Assembly: GCA_963921275.4 (NCBI GenBank) | Contig: OZ001293.3 | Span: forward strand, 2,048,001-2,112,000 | Direction of reading: 5' to 3' | DNA: 64,000 nucleotides | From: an uncultured Hormoscilla sp. | GTDB lineage: Bacteria; Cyanobacteriota; Cyanobacteriia; Cyanobacteriales; Desertifilaceae | Shown here: positions 42,183 to 52,434 of the stretch, in pieces | Position numbering within the stretch: position 1 is the first letter of the stretch | How the letters are laid out: each line of letters starts with the position of its first letter | Made by a program: the position numbers and the translations under genes | Notes under the pieces: generated by a model | What the model was told of the DNA's origin: nothing | Databases searched by the model: none | The model's input: only the letters and a program-made list of their open reading frames with translations

Positions 42183-44183
42183 ATGACTTATAGAGATGTT
42201 TTGCTCCCCTTAAACCTCAAAGGCGATCGCAATATCTGCGTCGCTGTCCTTGACGGTCCTGTCGATCTCGCTCACCCCTGTTTCCAAGGAGCCGATCTGA
42301 CCGTGCTTCCCACCTTGGCTCCTACGGCTGCCCGTAGTGACGGCTTTATGTCCGCGCACGGCACCCACGTTGCCAGTATTATTTTCGGTCAACCGGAAAC
42401 TAGCGTTCGAGGTATCGCTCCCCAGTGTCGGGGGCTCATCGTCCCCATATTTTCCGACGATCGCAGGAGGACAACCCAGCTCGATCTAGCTCGGGGTATC
42501 GAGCGGGCTGCCATTGCCGGAGCCCACGTTATCAACATCAGCGGCGGCGAACTCACCGATTTTGGCGAGGCGGACGGGTGGCTCGAAAATGCTGTTAGCC
42601 TGTGTCGGCAGAAAAATATTTTGATCGTAGCTGCGGCAGGGAACAACGGCTGCGACTGCCTGCACGTTCCCGCCACCTTACCCGCCGTATTGGCCGTAGG
42701 CGCAATGGACGAGCGCGGGCATCCCTTGGACTTTAGCAACTGGGGATCTTCCTACGAGCAGCAGGGCATTCTCGCTCCCGGTGAAAATATTTTGGGGGCC
42801 AAGCTCGGTGGCGGCACAGAACGCCTCAGCGGCACCAGCTTTGCAACCCCAATTGTTTCCGGCGTCGCCGCCTTACTGCTGAGCAAGCAAGTTCGCCGGG
42901 GCGAAACCCCCGATCCCCAAAAGGTGCGCCAAGTGTTGTTGCAGAGTGCTTTGCCCTGCGACCCCGAGGTGCCCGAAGCGACCCGCCGCTGTCTGGCCGG
43001 GAAATTGAACATCTCTGGAGCTTTCACTTTACTGACAGGAGGAAATATGTCTGAAGAAGTCACGAACGCTGCCGTTCCCAGCGTAGAAGCGTCGGGGAAC
43101 TGTGGATGCGGCGGTGGACTCGTCACTGCCGATACCACTACCGAGTCCGGTCTGGTGCCGGAGCGGTCGGTGTTCGCTGCGACGAGTCCCGCTGCTATCG
43201 AAGCTGCCGGCAGCCTCGACCCCCAGCCCGTTCCATCGCCCACCCAACCCCCCGTACAAATGCCAGTCCAATTCCCTACACAAACACTCTCTATGACAAC
43301 CAATCAAGTTACACCCAGCCAAGCCCCCAGCGAACTTGCTAACAGTCAGTTCGTCTATGTCCTAGGAACTTTGGGCTACGACTTCGGCACCGAAGCTCGC
43401 CGCGACACCTTCAAGCAACTCATGCCGCCCTTTGAGTTTGCTGGTAATATGGTTCCGGCCAACCCCTACGATGCCCGTCAGATGGTGGACTACTTGGCTG
43501 GCAATATCTCAGAAGCGCGATCGCTGATCTGGACCCTTAACATAGAACTGACCCCGGTCTATGCCATTGACCCAACCGGTCCTTTTGCTTCGGAAACCTA
43601 CCACGCCCTTCAGGAACTGCTCGAAGGTCAAATCCAAGCGGAAGATAATGAAGAATACGTTGAGCGTGTCAGCATTCCCGGTATCTTGACCGGGCGATCG
43701 GTTAAGCTCTACTCCGGTCAAGTTATCCCGGTTGTTGAACCCCAAAGCACCCGCGGTCTCTACGGTTGGAAGGTTAATAACTTGGTAAATGCTGCCATGG
43801 AGGCAGTTCGCGCTGAAGGAGGGGATGCAGGGGAAGAGCGCATTCGCCAAACCTTGGATGGCTTTCTCAACCGCATCTACTACGATCTGCGCAACTTGGC
43901 AACCACTTCCCAAGACCGGGCCCTCAACTTTGCCGTTACCAACGCCTTCCAAGCTGCCCAAACCTTTAGCCAAGCGGTGGCGGTGGGCATGGAACTCGAC
44001 AGCGTTACTGTGGAGAAAAGTCCCTTCTGTCGCCTAGATAGCGACTGCTGGGATGTAAAGTTAAAGTTCTTCGACCCAGAAAACAACCGTCGTGCCAAGA
44101 AGATTTACCGATTTACCATTGATGTGAGCGATCTGGTTCCAGTTACTATGGGAGAAGTTCGTTCTTGGTCTTCTCCTTACTAA
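42183..44183 (+). CDS. patA: Cyanobactin N-terminal subtilisin protease (PatA/TruA family)
   Basis: Catalytic triad in VAVLDGPVD, HGTHVAS and SGTSFATP; C-terminal DUF with GTLGYDFGTEARRD. Confidence 0.95.
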   Translation: MTYRDVLLPLNLKGDRNICVAVLDGPVDLAHPCFQGADLTVLPTLAPTAARSDGFMSAHGTHVASIIFGQPETSVRGIAPQCRGLIVPIFSDDRRRTTQLDLARGIERAAIAGAHVINISGGELTDFGEADGWLENAVSLCRQKNILIVAAAGNNGCDCLHVPATLPAVLAVGAMDERGHPLDFSNWGSSYEQQGILAPGENILGAKLGGGTERLSGTSFATPIVSGVAALLLSKQVRRGETPDPQKVRQVLLQSALPCDPEVPEATRRCLAGKLNISGAFTLLTGGNMSEEVTNAAVPSVEASGNCGCGGGLVTADTTTESGLVPERSVFAATSPAAIEAAGSLDPQPVPSPTQPPVQMPVQFPTQTLSMTTNQVTPSQAPSELANSQFVYVLGTLGYDFGTEARRDTFKQLMPPFEFAGNMVPANPYDARQMVDYLAGNISEARSLIWTLNIELTPVYAIDPTGPFASETYHALQELLEGQIQAEDNEEYVERVSIPGILTGRSVKLYSGQVIPVVEPQSTRGLYGWKVNNLVNAAMEAVRAEGGDAGEERIRQTLDGFLNRIYYDLRNLATTSQDRALNFAVTNAFQAAQTFSQAVAVGMELDSVTVEKSPFCRLDSDCWDVKLKFFDPENNRRAKKIYRFTIDVSDLVPVTMGEVRSWSSPY

Positions 44184-44276
44184 GAAACAGCCAAATATTA
44201 GTGTAAGTAAAACAAACTGTGCTTTCACTAAAAAAGTTACTCAACTTATTTACTATATTGTGGAGAATCCCGAACT

Positions 44277-44516
44277 ATGCGACTTCCGCTACTGTCTGCC
44301 CCTGTAAAACGCCCTCATTTCATCCAGCCTGCTCTATGTGTAGATGTTGAGAATGGCCGTGTTAAAGATTTGCTACATATTCGCATAGATCTTATGCACG
44401 GTGCTAACTATAATGACCCGCCAGCCTTTGCCAACCGCAGTTTCAACCAAGTGATGCACTCAAGTGCCAGCAATGGCTGGGGCGGGTTTGCCAGTAGTAT
44501 GGGACGCTTATTATGA
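44277..44516 (+). CDS. patB: Cyanobactin PatB family protein
   Basis: MRLPLLSAPVKRPHFIQP..DLMHGANYNDP. Confidence 0.9.
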   Translation: MRLPLLSAPVKRPHFIQPALCVDVENGRVKDLLHIRIDLMHGANYNDPPAFANRSFNQVMHSSASNGWGGFASSMGRLL

Positions 44517-46091
44517 CTCAAGAAACGGAAACTCTATGGCAAATAGGTAAACCTGGTAAAAGAGGTCAGGAGTTTGTGCAAGCAGGTGGCTGGCAAGCTG
44601 AATTTACTTATGTTGTTGGGTCTGATGAGGATGGGGTCGAGCCGGGAATCGCTTCCCGACCCTCCCTTGAGGAACCGGACTTGCGATTTTCACCGCATCC
44701 GGCTACTGGGTACTAGGCCCTTTTCATAGGTAGACTTAATAGGAATTACTTCCGTTAGCCCTTGCCGCCTGTCTTTTCTTCCCTTTCCTGGTTTAGCGAG
44801 TGGTTGTTCTGATAACCGTTAGTATCACCATTTTCAAGTCAGTTTTACCAGTTATCCATACCTTATCCTCCACTTGCGTTTCGGATTAGTTCCGTGGCTT
44901 TTTAGGATTACTCATTCCAGCAGCTTCCTAGTATCACCGACCCACGTCAGCGCTGGCTACCCAGCATCATCTACATTACTGTAGATGTTATCCCAGGAAT
45001 TACCCCGGGCATTCGCTTCTTGGGCCATCCCTCCCCCCGTGGCTTGCGCTTAACATCTAACTTGTCCTGATGGACAGCACACGAGAGGTTACTTCGTTCC
45101 CTAACAACATTTCGCGATACCTTTAGGTCCACACTATACCCCGGGAGCTATTTGAGTACTATATTAGCCAGAGTCTAAAACTAATACTAGCTACCATTTC
45201 CTTTTTAGGCCAGCGCATATAGCCTTATTTCGCTGGTTCCTTATAACGAGGCTTGCACATGTTTGCCTGCTCTAACCTTGGATATCTTTCCTAGCGGCGT
45301 CACCGGCTTAGGCTGCCAGTTATCCTACATTTGAGTCCTCGCTTAGCACCACGATGATGTCGCTTCGTAGCACCGAGGACCGGTGTCACCCCCGTACCTG
45401 GGGGGAGGGGAATTTAACCCCCATGCGGTCAGAGTTCCCGGCTAATGAAACCGGGCTAGCGTTCCGTGTTTGACCACGTTAGGCTAGAACGAATCGCACA
45501 GACTCAATAAACCTACCCCATATGCCGCCATTGCTGTTGGTTCCAGGTCGCAAGACGAAGCAAAAGCGATACGGGAAGCAGATTTTTGCTACAGATAAAC
45601 TAAACATCCAATTTACCCTAGCCCAGGATTATAATGCCGAGGAACTCACGCTTTTTTACGACTTTTTGGGCTCTGAAACTGACACCCTGTTTGTAGATGG
45701 CGAGCCAGTGACGAAACTCGTAGGAGTCGGTAAAGACAAGCTGAAGCAAACTCAGATTACTTTACCCGCTCTGAGCGCAGGGGAACATACCCTGACCATC
45801 ACCACCTCTGGTGGGAAGGGAGATGGCAGACATTGGATTGACTACCTGAAGCTCGAGGGGATTGTCGCTCCTCAGCAACCAGAAACATCAAAGGAGGAAA
45901 CTATGGTTAATAAAAAGCCTACCGCAAAATCTCAAACGGCTGAGAAGAAAAAGTCTTACGTCATGACTTCTACGACGGGTATGCAAGACTAATCTTATTG
46001 GTCGCTCCACGTCCGCGATCGCTACGGGGAAGAGGCGAAAAAATATGAACGCGATCCCAAACCTTTCCGACGAGGGCGGATTTGGGCTTAA
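44513..46091 (+). pseudogene. patC: Cyanobactin PatC family protein interrupted by an antisense group II intron and a nonsense codon
   Basis: Removing 44629-45499 gives ..VVGSDE-DSINLPHMPP.. in frame. TAA at 45990 precedes SYWSLHV...PFRRGRIWA*, the PatC signature. Confidence 0.85.
44629..45499 (-). mobile_element. ORF-less group II intron, copy B (871 bp)
   Basis: Essentially identical to 20540-21410 (one substitution noticed), with the same GTGCG start and domains V/VI. Confidence 0.92.
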
Positions 46092-46210
46092 CTCTAAGGC
46101 TACCTCTTTTTAGTGATTTTGTATAAACGTACATCCTCGCCCGATGACGAACGAAAGATTGCTTCCTTTGTCAAAACTTACTTAACTTATTAGTCACAAA
46201 CCTTCGCTTT

Positions 46211-49200
46211 ATGCAAGCAACCACGCTCCAAATTAAGCCCCACTTTCACGTTGAGATAATTGAGCCAAAGCAAGTGTATCTTCTCGGCGAACAGGGCAAC
46301 CACGCTCTCACCGGGCAGCTCTACTGCCAAATTCTGCCTTTCTTAAACGGCGAATACACCCTAGAACAAATTGTTGAAAAGCTCGACGGGCAAGTTCCGC
46401 AGGAATATATCGACTTCGTACTCAATCGTCTGGCGGACAAAGGCTATATAACTGAGGTGGCTCCAGAACTATCCCTGGAAGTGGCAGCATTTTGGAGCGA
46501 ACTGGGAATTGCTCCTTCTGTGGTGGCAGAAGGGCTAAAGCAGCCAGTGGTGTTGGCAAGGGCGGGCAAGGGCATTAGTGACTGGGTTTTGGCTACGCTC
46601 GCGGCAGCTCTGGAGGAAGCTGGCATTCATGTGTCAGATCCAAAGGCAGGGGATTCTACTGCCCAGCTTAAGGTCGTGTTGACCGATGACTATTTACAGC
46701 CGGAACTTGCAGCGATCGACAAGCAGGCGTTAGAGCGCCAACAACCCTGGCTGCTGGTTAAGCCTGTGGGCAGTATCCTCTGGTTGGGACCGGTGTTCGT
46801 TCCTGGGGAAACCGGATGTTGGCACTGTCTTGTCCATCGATTGCGAGGCAACCGCGAAGTTGAAGCATCGGTATTGCAACAAAAACGAGCGCTGCAGGAG
46901 CGCAACGGTCAACATGGGAATGGTAGAGTGGGTTGTTTGCCCACAGCACGGGCAACCCTACCTTCTACCCTACAAACAGGGTTAAAGTGGGCTGCCACCG
47001 AGATTGCTAAGTGGACGGTCAAACGGTACGTCAACGCCAAAGCACCGGGAAAAGCTCGTTTTCCCACTCTAGATGGCAAGATATTTACATTCAACCAGAC
47101 GATTCTGGAGTTGAAAGCTCATCCTCTGAGCCGACGGCCGCAATGTCCGACCTGTGGAGATCGAGAAATTCTACAACGGCGTGGTTTTGAACCTCTGAGA
47201 CTAGAGTCGCGCCCCAAACACTTCACCTCCGATGGCGGTCATCGCGCCATGACCCCAGAACAAACGGTGCAGAAATACCAACACCTAATCGGGCCGATAA
47301 CTGGGGTGGTGACAGAACTGGTGCGAGTTTCTGACCCTGCCAATCCCTTGGTGCATAGCTACCGGGCGGGGCATAGCTTTGGTAGTGCTATGTCTCTGCG
47401 GGGGTTACGGAATACCCTACGCTACAAGAGTTCTGGTAAAGGCAAGACCGATAGCCAATCTCGGGCGAGTGGGCTTTGTGAGGCGATCGAGCGCTATTCG
47501 GGCATTTTTCAGGGAGACGAACCCCGCAAATGGGCAACTTTGGCTGAATTAGGAGACGTGGCGATTCATCCAGAACAATGTTTGCACTTTAGCAACAGGC
47601 AGTATGAAAACCGGGATGCGCTCAACGCTCGGCAGCAGCCTATCGGTGGATTCCCAATCGGTTTGATGCCAGTCAATCCATAGACTGGACGCCCGTATGG
47701 TCGCTGACGGAGCAGAAGCACAAATACGTGCCCACTGCTATCTGTTACTATAACTAACTCAAGTTGCGACCTATAAAAATTGGATACAAAAAGCTATGAT
47801 AAAGAGAATTATTTTCAACTCTAATCCCTTAGATGTAACAGCATGAATTGACTTGGGAAACAAATTGGTGATTCGACTAAAACAGGTTTCAACTTGTTTT
47901 CTTGTTACTTTTTGTATATATTCAAAACAAGAAGATTCTTTTCTTTTTGAGTTCTTTTTTCGCAAAGGTTTTAACATTATACTTGACGACTCTTTTAGTA
48001 AATCCTCTAATTGATAATCATTATAAGCTTTATCTCCATAAACTATTGAATTTGATGGTAAGTCAAAGCCAAAAGATTGCAAAACTTTAACATCATTATA
48101 ACTACCAGGATCTAGATAAAATTCTATTGGCTTTCCATTTTTGTTTACCAACATATGAACTCTTAATCCATAAAAATAACGTTTTTTACTGGCAATATAC
48201 CCTCGATATTCTTCCTTGTTATAAATTTGGCATCTATCAATCCTAATATTATCACATACTGGCACCGGGAAACTATCAAGAATATATTCTTGACCCGGAT
48301 TGAGCTCTTTAAATGTTTGAGCTATAACTTGGAAGAAAAACATCCAAATTGGTTCCTCAATATTGTGTAATCGACGATTGAACCTACTTTTACTTAACAG
48401 ATTTTTTATATACTTGTGTTGGACCATAAATTGACAAGAGCGATCGTGGTGTCCTCCGAAAAAATATGCAGCAACTAATCCGACTGTCATCACTTCGGCA
48501 TTGTTCATTTTTACTTGTGGATCTTCTTTTATATTTAACGCTTTTAGTAGCTCGTCACAAAGAACAAAAATTGTTGTAATCATATCTTCCATCATCTACA
48601 TCCCCCAGCAATTAACTATTATTTTAGTACATTATAACCTATAAACAGCCAACCCGCCGTCTAGCACAAAAAAAATATAATTTTGTATCAAAAGCTACGA
48701 AATATCCCAAATATCTGTAAAGTCTAAGTGGGTAATTCATATTTTTTTTAATAGGTCGCAACTTAGGTTATAACTACCCGCTGCCTCCGGCAGATCGCTT
48801 CTGTAAGGCTGATTCCAACGGAAACGCAGCAGGGAACTCCCTGGAAGAGGCAATTTTGCAAGGGTTTATGGAACTGGTGGAGCGCGATAGCGTAGCCCTG
48901 TGGTGGTATAACTGCCTGCGCCGTCCGGAAGTGGACTTGAGCAGTTTTGAGGAGCCATATTTTCTCCAGTTACAGCAGTTCTACCGCACCAAAAATCGCA
49001 AGATGTGGGTGCTGGATTTGACGGCTGACTTAGGGATTCCCGCCTTTGCAGGTTTATCCCGGCGCACGGTGGGTAGCTCGGAGCGGGTCTCAATCGGTTT
49101 TGGAGCGCACCTAGATCCTCAAATTGCCATCCTCCGGGCTCTAACTGAGGTCAGTCAAGTTGGGCTAGAGCTTGATAAAGTCCCTGACGAGAAACTTGAT

Positions 49201-49557
49201 AGGGAGTCAAAGGACTGGATGTTGGAGGTGACTTTAGAGACTCATCCCTGTTTGGCTCCCGATCCCTCCCAGCCTCGGAAAACTGCCGACGATTACCCGA
49301 AGCGCTGGAGCGATGACATTTATAGAGATGTCATGGATTGTGTGGAGATGGCCAAAGTTGCCGGACTAGAAACCTTAGTGCTAGACCAGACGCGATCGGA
49401 CATCGGCTTGAACGTTGTCAAGGTAATTATACCGGGAATGCGAACGTTTTGGTCGCGGTTTGGTTTGGGGCGACTCTACGATGTCCCCGTGAAGCTTGGT
49501 TGGCTGAAGGAGCCTCTAGCTGAAGCACAGATGAACTCTACGAACATCCCATTTTAA
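46211..49557 (+). pseudogene. patD: Cyanobactin heterocyclase (PatD/TruD; RRE-E1-YcaO), frameshifted and IS-interrupted
   Basis: TGCWHCL..RL, RRPQCPTC, SSGKGKT..EAIERYS, SNGNAAGN and ELVERD; C-terminus NSTNIPF. Frameshift near 47630 and an IS at 47757-48768. Confidence 0.92.
47757..48768 (-). mobile_element. IS982-family insertion sequence with an intact 274-aa transposase (47771-48595)
   Basis: TIRs ACTCAAGTTGCGACCTAT/ATAGGTCGCAACTTAGGT; 8-bp TSD TATAACTA (47749-47756, 48769-48776); motifs SRFNRRLH, ILDSFPVPVC, YFYGLRVH and YGDKAY. Confidence 0.92.
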
Positions 49558-49697
49558 GAATTTTCAAGTTTGGGGGCAACAGGCTTCCCTACGTGCCGGA
49601 TGTTGCCCCAGTAGGCTTCTTCTCAAATGAAGAAGGGGAATGACCCACCCGAACGGGTCAATAAAGCAAAAAAAGACAACCAATGAGGTTTTTTTCA

Positions 49698-49943
49698 ATG
49701 GACAAGAAAAACATTCTGCCCCAACAAGGCCAACCCGTCGTCCGCTTGACTGCTGGTAAACTCCCCAGCCACTTGGCCGAACTCTCTGAAGAAGCTCTCG
49801 GCGATGCTGGTGTTGGTGCATCTTCCAGCAGTTGTATCTGCGCCTATGATGGTGTTGATGCATCTTCCAGCAGTTGTATCTGCGCCTATGATGGTGTTGA
49901 TGCATCTTCCAGCAGTTGTATCTGCGCCTACGATGCTGAGTAA
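49698..49943 (+). CDS. patE: Cyanobactin precursor peptide with three SSSCIC cores
   Basis: Leader MDKKNILPQQGQPVVR..LAELSEEAL, then GVGAS/GVDAS-SSSCIC-AYD three times. Confidence 0.95.
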   Translation: MDKKNILPQQGQPVVRLTAGKLPSHLAELSEEALGDAGVGASSSSCICAYDGVDASSSSCICAYDGVDASSSSCICAYDAE

Positions 49944-50193
49944 GCGTAAGGATATATGGCTAATACAAAGTCCGCCTCAAAAGATTAAAAGCCAATCCCA
50001 AAAGGGATGCAGCAGATCTGGGTAGTTAACCTACATAAGCCGGATTTGGTATTAGATAGCTATAGAAGACGAGGTTAAAGATAGCCAAGTCGCTGAAACG
50101 TTCTTTTGAGTTTTGTGGGTGCAGGCTGTTCTCCTCTACCCTCGTCTTCTTTTATTTCAGTTGTTAAATCCTTACTTACTAAGATTCAAGATT

Positions 50194-51150
50194 ATGAACC
50201 TAACTTCAATACTTAAACATAATCGTCTCGCAGACCGCCGTCTTCAGTTTATGCGTGCCCATCAAGATGCTTTTGATGTGGAGGCAGCTTTCCCTCTGCC
50301 TATCTTTGAAGAGGCAATGCTTGAGATAGAGGGCGCTTGTGGATTTGAATGCTCTTGCAAAGTTGAAGCTGGCCAACTGCTAGCAGGGCGTTTTGAGATT
50401 TGTAATGATGTGGTAAAACCTTGGCCGGGATCCCTAACCCATGCAGTTAAGCTATTGGATCGGATTGAAAATCGGTTGGGCGTCCGCCTTAATCGTGACC
50501 TGTTCGAGCAGTTTGTAGCAGTACATCTTGGCTCTGGCAAAATCGATACTAATAGTATCGGCATTCACTTGGGTTCAAAGCAGGAAGATAACAGTATAAT
50601 AATATATATCTATCTCAATTACGATCGAGATCCTGAAGAATTGGTAAGAACAGCGATCGCTCTCGATGGGGGTTACTACTCAGATGAATTGAGACAGGTT
50701 CTAATGAGAGATACCATGCTCATCGGCTTTAAACTTTTTTTTGATGGTCGCAGTCATGTGGAGCTATGTCCTTGTGCTTCAGCAAAGCCTGGAAAATTGG
50801 GAAACAGAGGGAAGTATCTCATACCCTACATCCAAAAGCACTTTTCAGCAAAGGTGAATTACCTGTTTAGAGTTTCATCTATGGTGATGACAGGCTTTTC
50901 TAAAGCCTGTGTAAAACCAGTATACTGGTTTTACTTCGCCAACATCAAAGACATCTTAAAATATGTTTCATTTAATAGCTTAGGAGATCGGATATATAAT
51001 TTTTGTCAGAGTCAAAGTTGCATTACATTGTCTGCTGTAGCAGTTGCAGAGCAAGAGTTAGAGAAGAATAGGTTAGAAAATTTTTGTTTTTACTACAATC
51101 AACGTGACGAATGCCAACCGCATCCAAGTCCAGATTGGGACTTTTCTTGA
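50194..51150 (+). CDS. patF: Cyanobactin F-family prenyltransferase (LynF/TruF/PatF), copy 1
   Basis: RLQFMRAHQDAFDVE..PLPIFEE, ECSCKVE..L.AGRF; ATG at 50194 chosen over the upstream TTG. Confidence 0.88.
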   Translation: MNLTSILKHNRLADRRLQFMRAHQDAFDVEAAFPLPIFEEAMLEIEGACGFECSCKVEAGQLLAGRFEICNDVVKPWPGSLTHAVKLLDRIENRLGVRLNRDLFEQFVAVHLGSGKIDTNSIGIHLGSKQEDNSIIIYIYLNYDRDPEELVRTAIALDGGYYSDELRQVLMRDTMLIGFKLFFDGRSHVELCPCASAKPGKLGNRGKYLIPYIQKHFSAKVNYLFRVSSMVMTGFSKACVKPVYWFYFANIKDILKYVSFNSLGDRIYNFCQSQSCITLSAVAVAEQELEKNRLENFCFYYNQRDECQPHPSPDWDFS

Positions 51151-51251
51151 AAACAAGATTCGGTAATTATATATTAATTATCTATTGCCATGATTGCTCA
51201 TCCCTTTGCAGTTTCCCTCAACCCCGATATCCAAGTTCTCGGAAACTGAAA

Positions 51252-52303
51252 ATGCAATTGTATGAGCCGGTATTTTCAGATAAATTTGTAAATCACCTTA
51301 AGATTACATCTCTAACTTCTATGTTTCAACATAATCGTCTCAAAGACCGCCGTCTCCAGTTTCTGCGTGCCCATCAAGATGCTTTCGATGTAGAGCCAAC
51401 TTTTATTCTTTCGCTCTTTGAAGAAGCAGTATTGGGAATAGAAGGGAATTGTAGTGTCGAACCCTTTTGTAATGTTGAAAAAAATCGGTTGTTTGCAGCA
51501 GACTTTCATGTTTCTAATGAAGGACATACATGGCCAAGATCTTTGACTGATGCTGTAAAGTTCTTGGATCGAGTTGAAACTAAAGTAGGCGTTAAACTCA
51601 ATCGCGATTTGCTCGATCGGTTTGTGGCGGTACACATTGACTCCCATAAAATAATAAACAACACGATTGGAATCGACCTAAGACAGAGAAACGAGGATTC
51701 TTGCATCAAGGTATTTATGCACCTTGATTATGAAGAAGAGGCTGGAGAATTAGTGAGGACAGCGCTCGCACTTGATGGAGGCAGCTATTCGTCTGAATTA
51801 CTACAGGTATTACTTAAAAGCACTATTGTCATTGGGTTAATATTTTCCTGAATGGCTACAGTGATGTAGAGCTGTGGCCAGCTTGTGTGGGAGAGCAATA
51901 TGAAGGTCGTAAATTGAATCGAGGCAGGTATTTGAAAGATTATGTTCAGAAATTCTTTTCTACTAAAGTCAATTCTCTGTTAAGAGAATCGGCTGTATTG
52001 GCAGTCATTTTTTCTAAAGCGAAGAAGGCAGAGCCAATTCTAGCATTTCATTATGAAGATATTAAAGACATACGAAAGTATTTCTCATTCAACAGTTTAA
52101 GCGATAGAATTTACAGCTTTTTTCAGACTCAAGATTGCATCAATGGTCCTGGTGTGAATGTGACGGAGTTGGAATTAGAAAAAGATCGATTGGAAAATTT
52201 TAGTTTGTTTTATAATAAACGCGATAACTGTCAGCCTATGCCTTTTCTTCAAATGCCGATTGATAATCAACGTTTCGTTAGGCTTATGCTTCAAGTGAAT
52301 TAA
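51252..52303 (+). pseudogene. Cyanobactin F-family prenyltransferase, copy 2, frameshifted
   Basis: RLQFLRAHQDAFDVEP..IGIDLR..SCIKVFMH; the frame breaks near 51845 and continues as the 51887-52303 ORF (YFSFNSL.DRIY..ELEKDRLENF). Confidence 0.85.
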
Positions 52304-52434
52304 ATGAATAAAACTTTGTTATAACATCCTCTCAAGTCTTCTTAACGTCGAATTATGTGCTATTCTGAAAGCTTATCAGATAGCTACTACTATCAAAGTA
52401 CTCACCTAATTATCGCTTCCCATTATCCATAACC

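Noticed and set aside
49564..50025. Repetitive ORFs MHQHHHRRRYNCWK and MLVLVHLPAVVSAP
   Set aside because: They are alternative frames of the patE cassette repeats.
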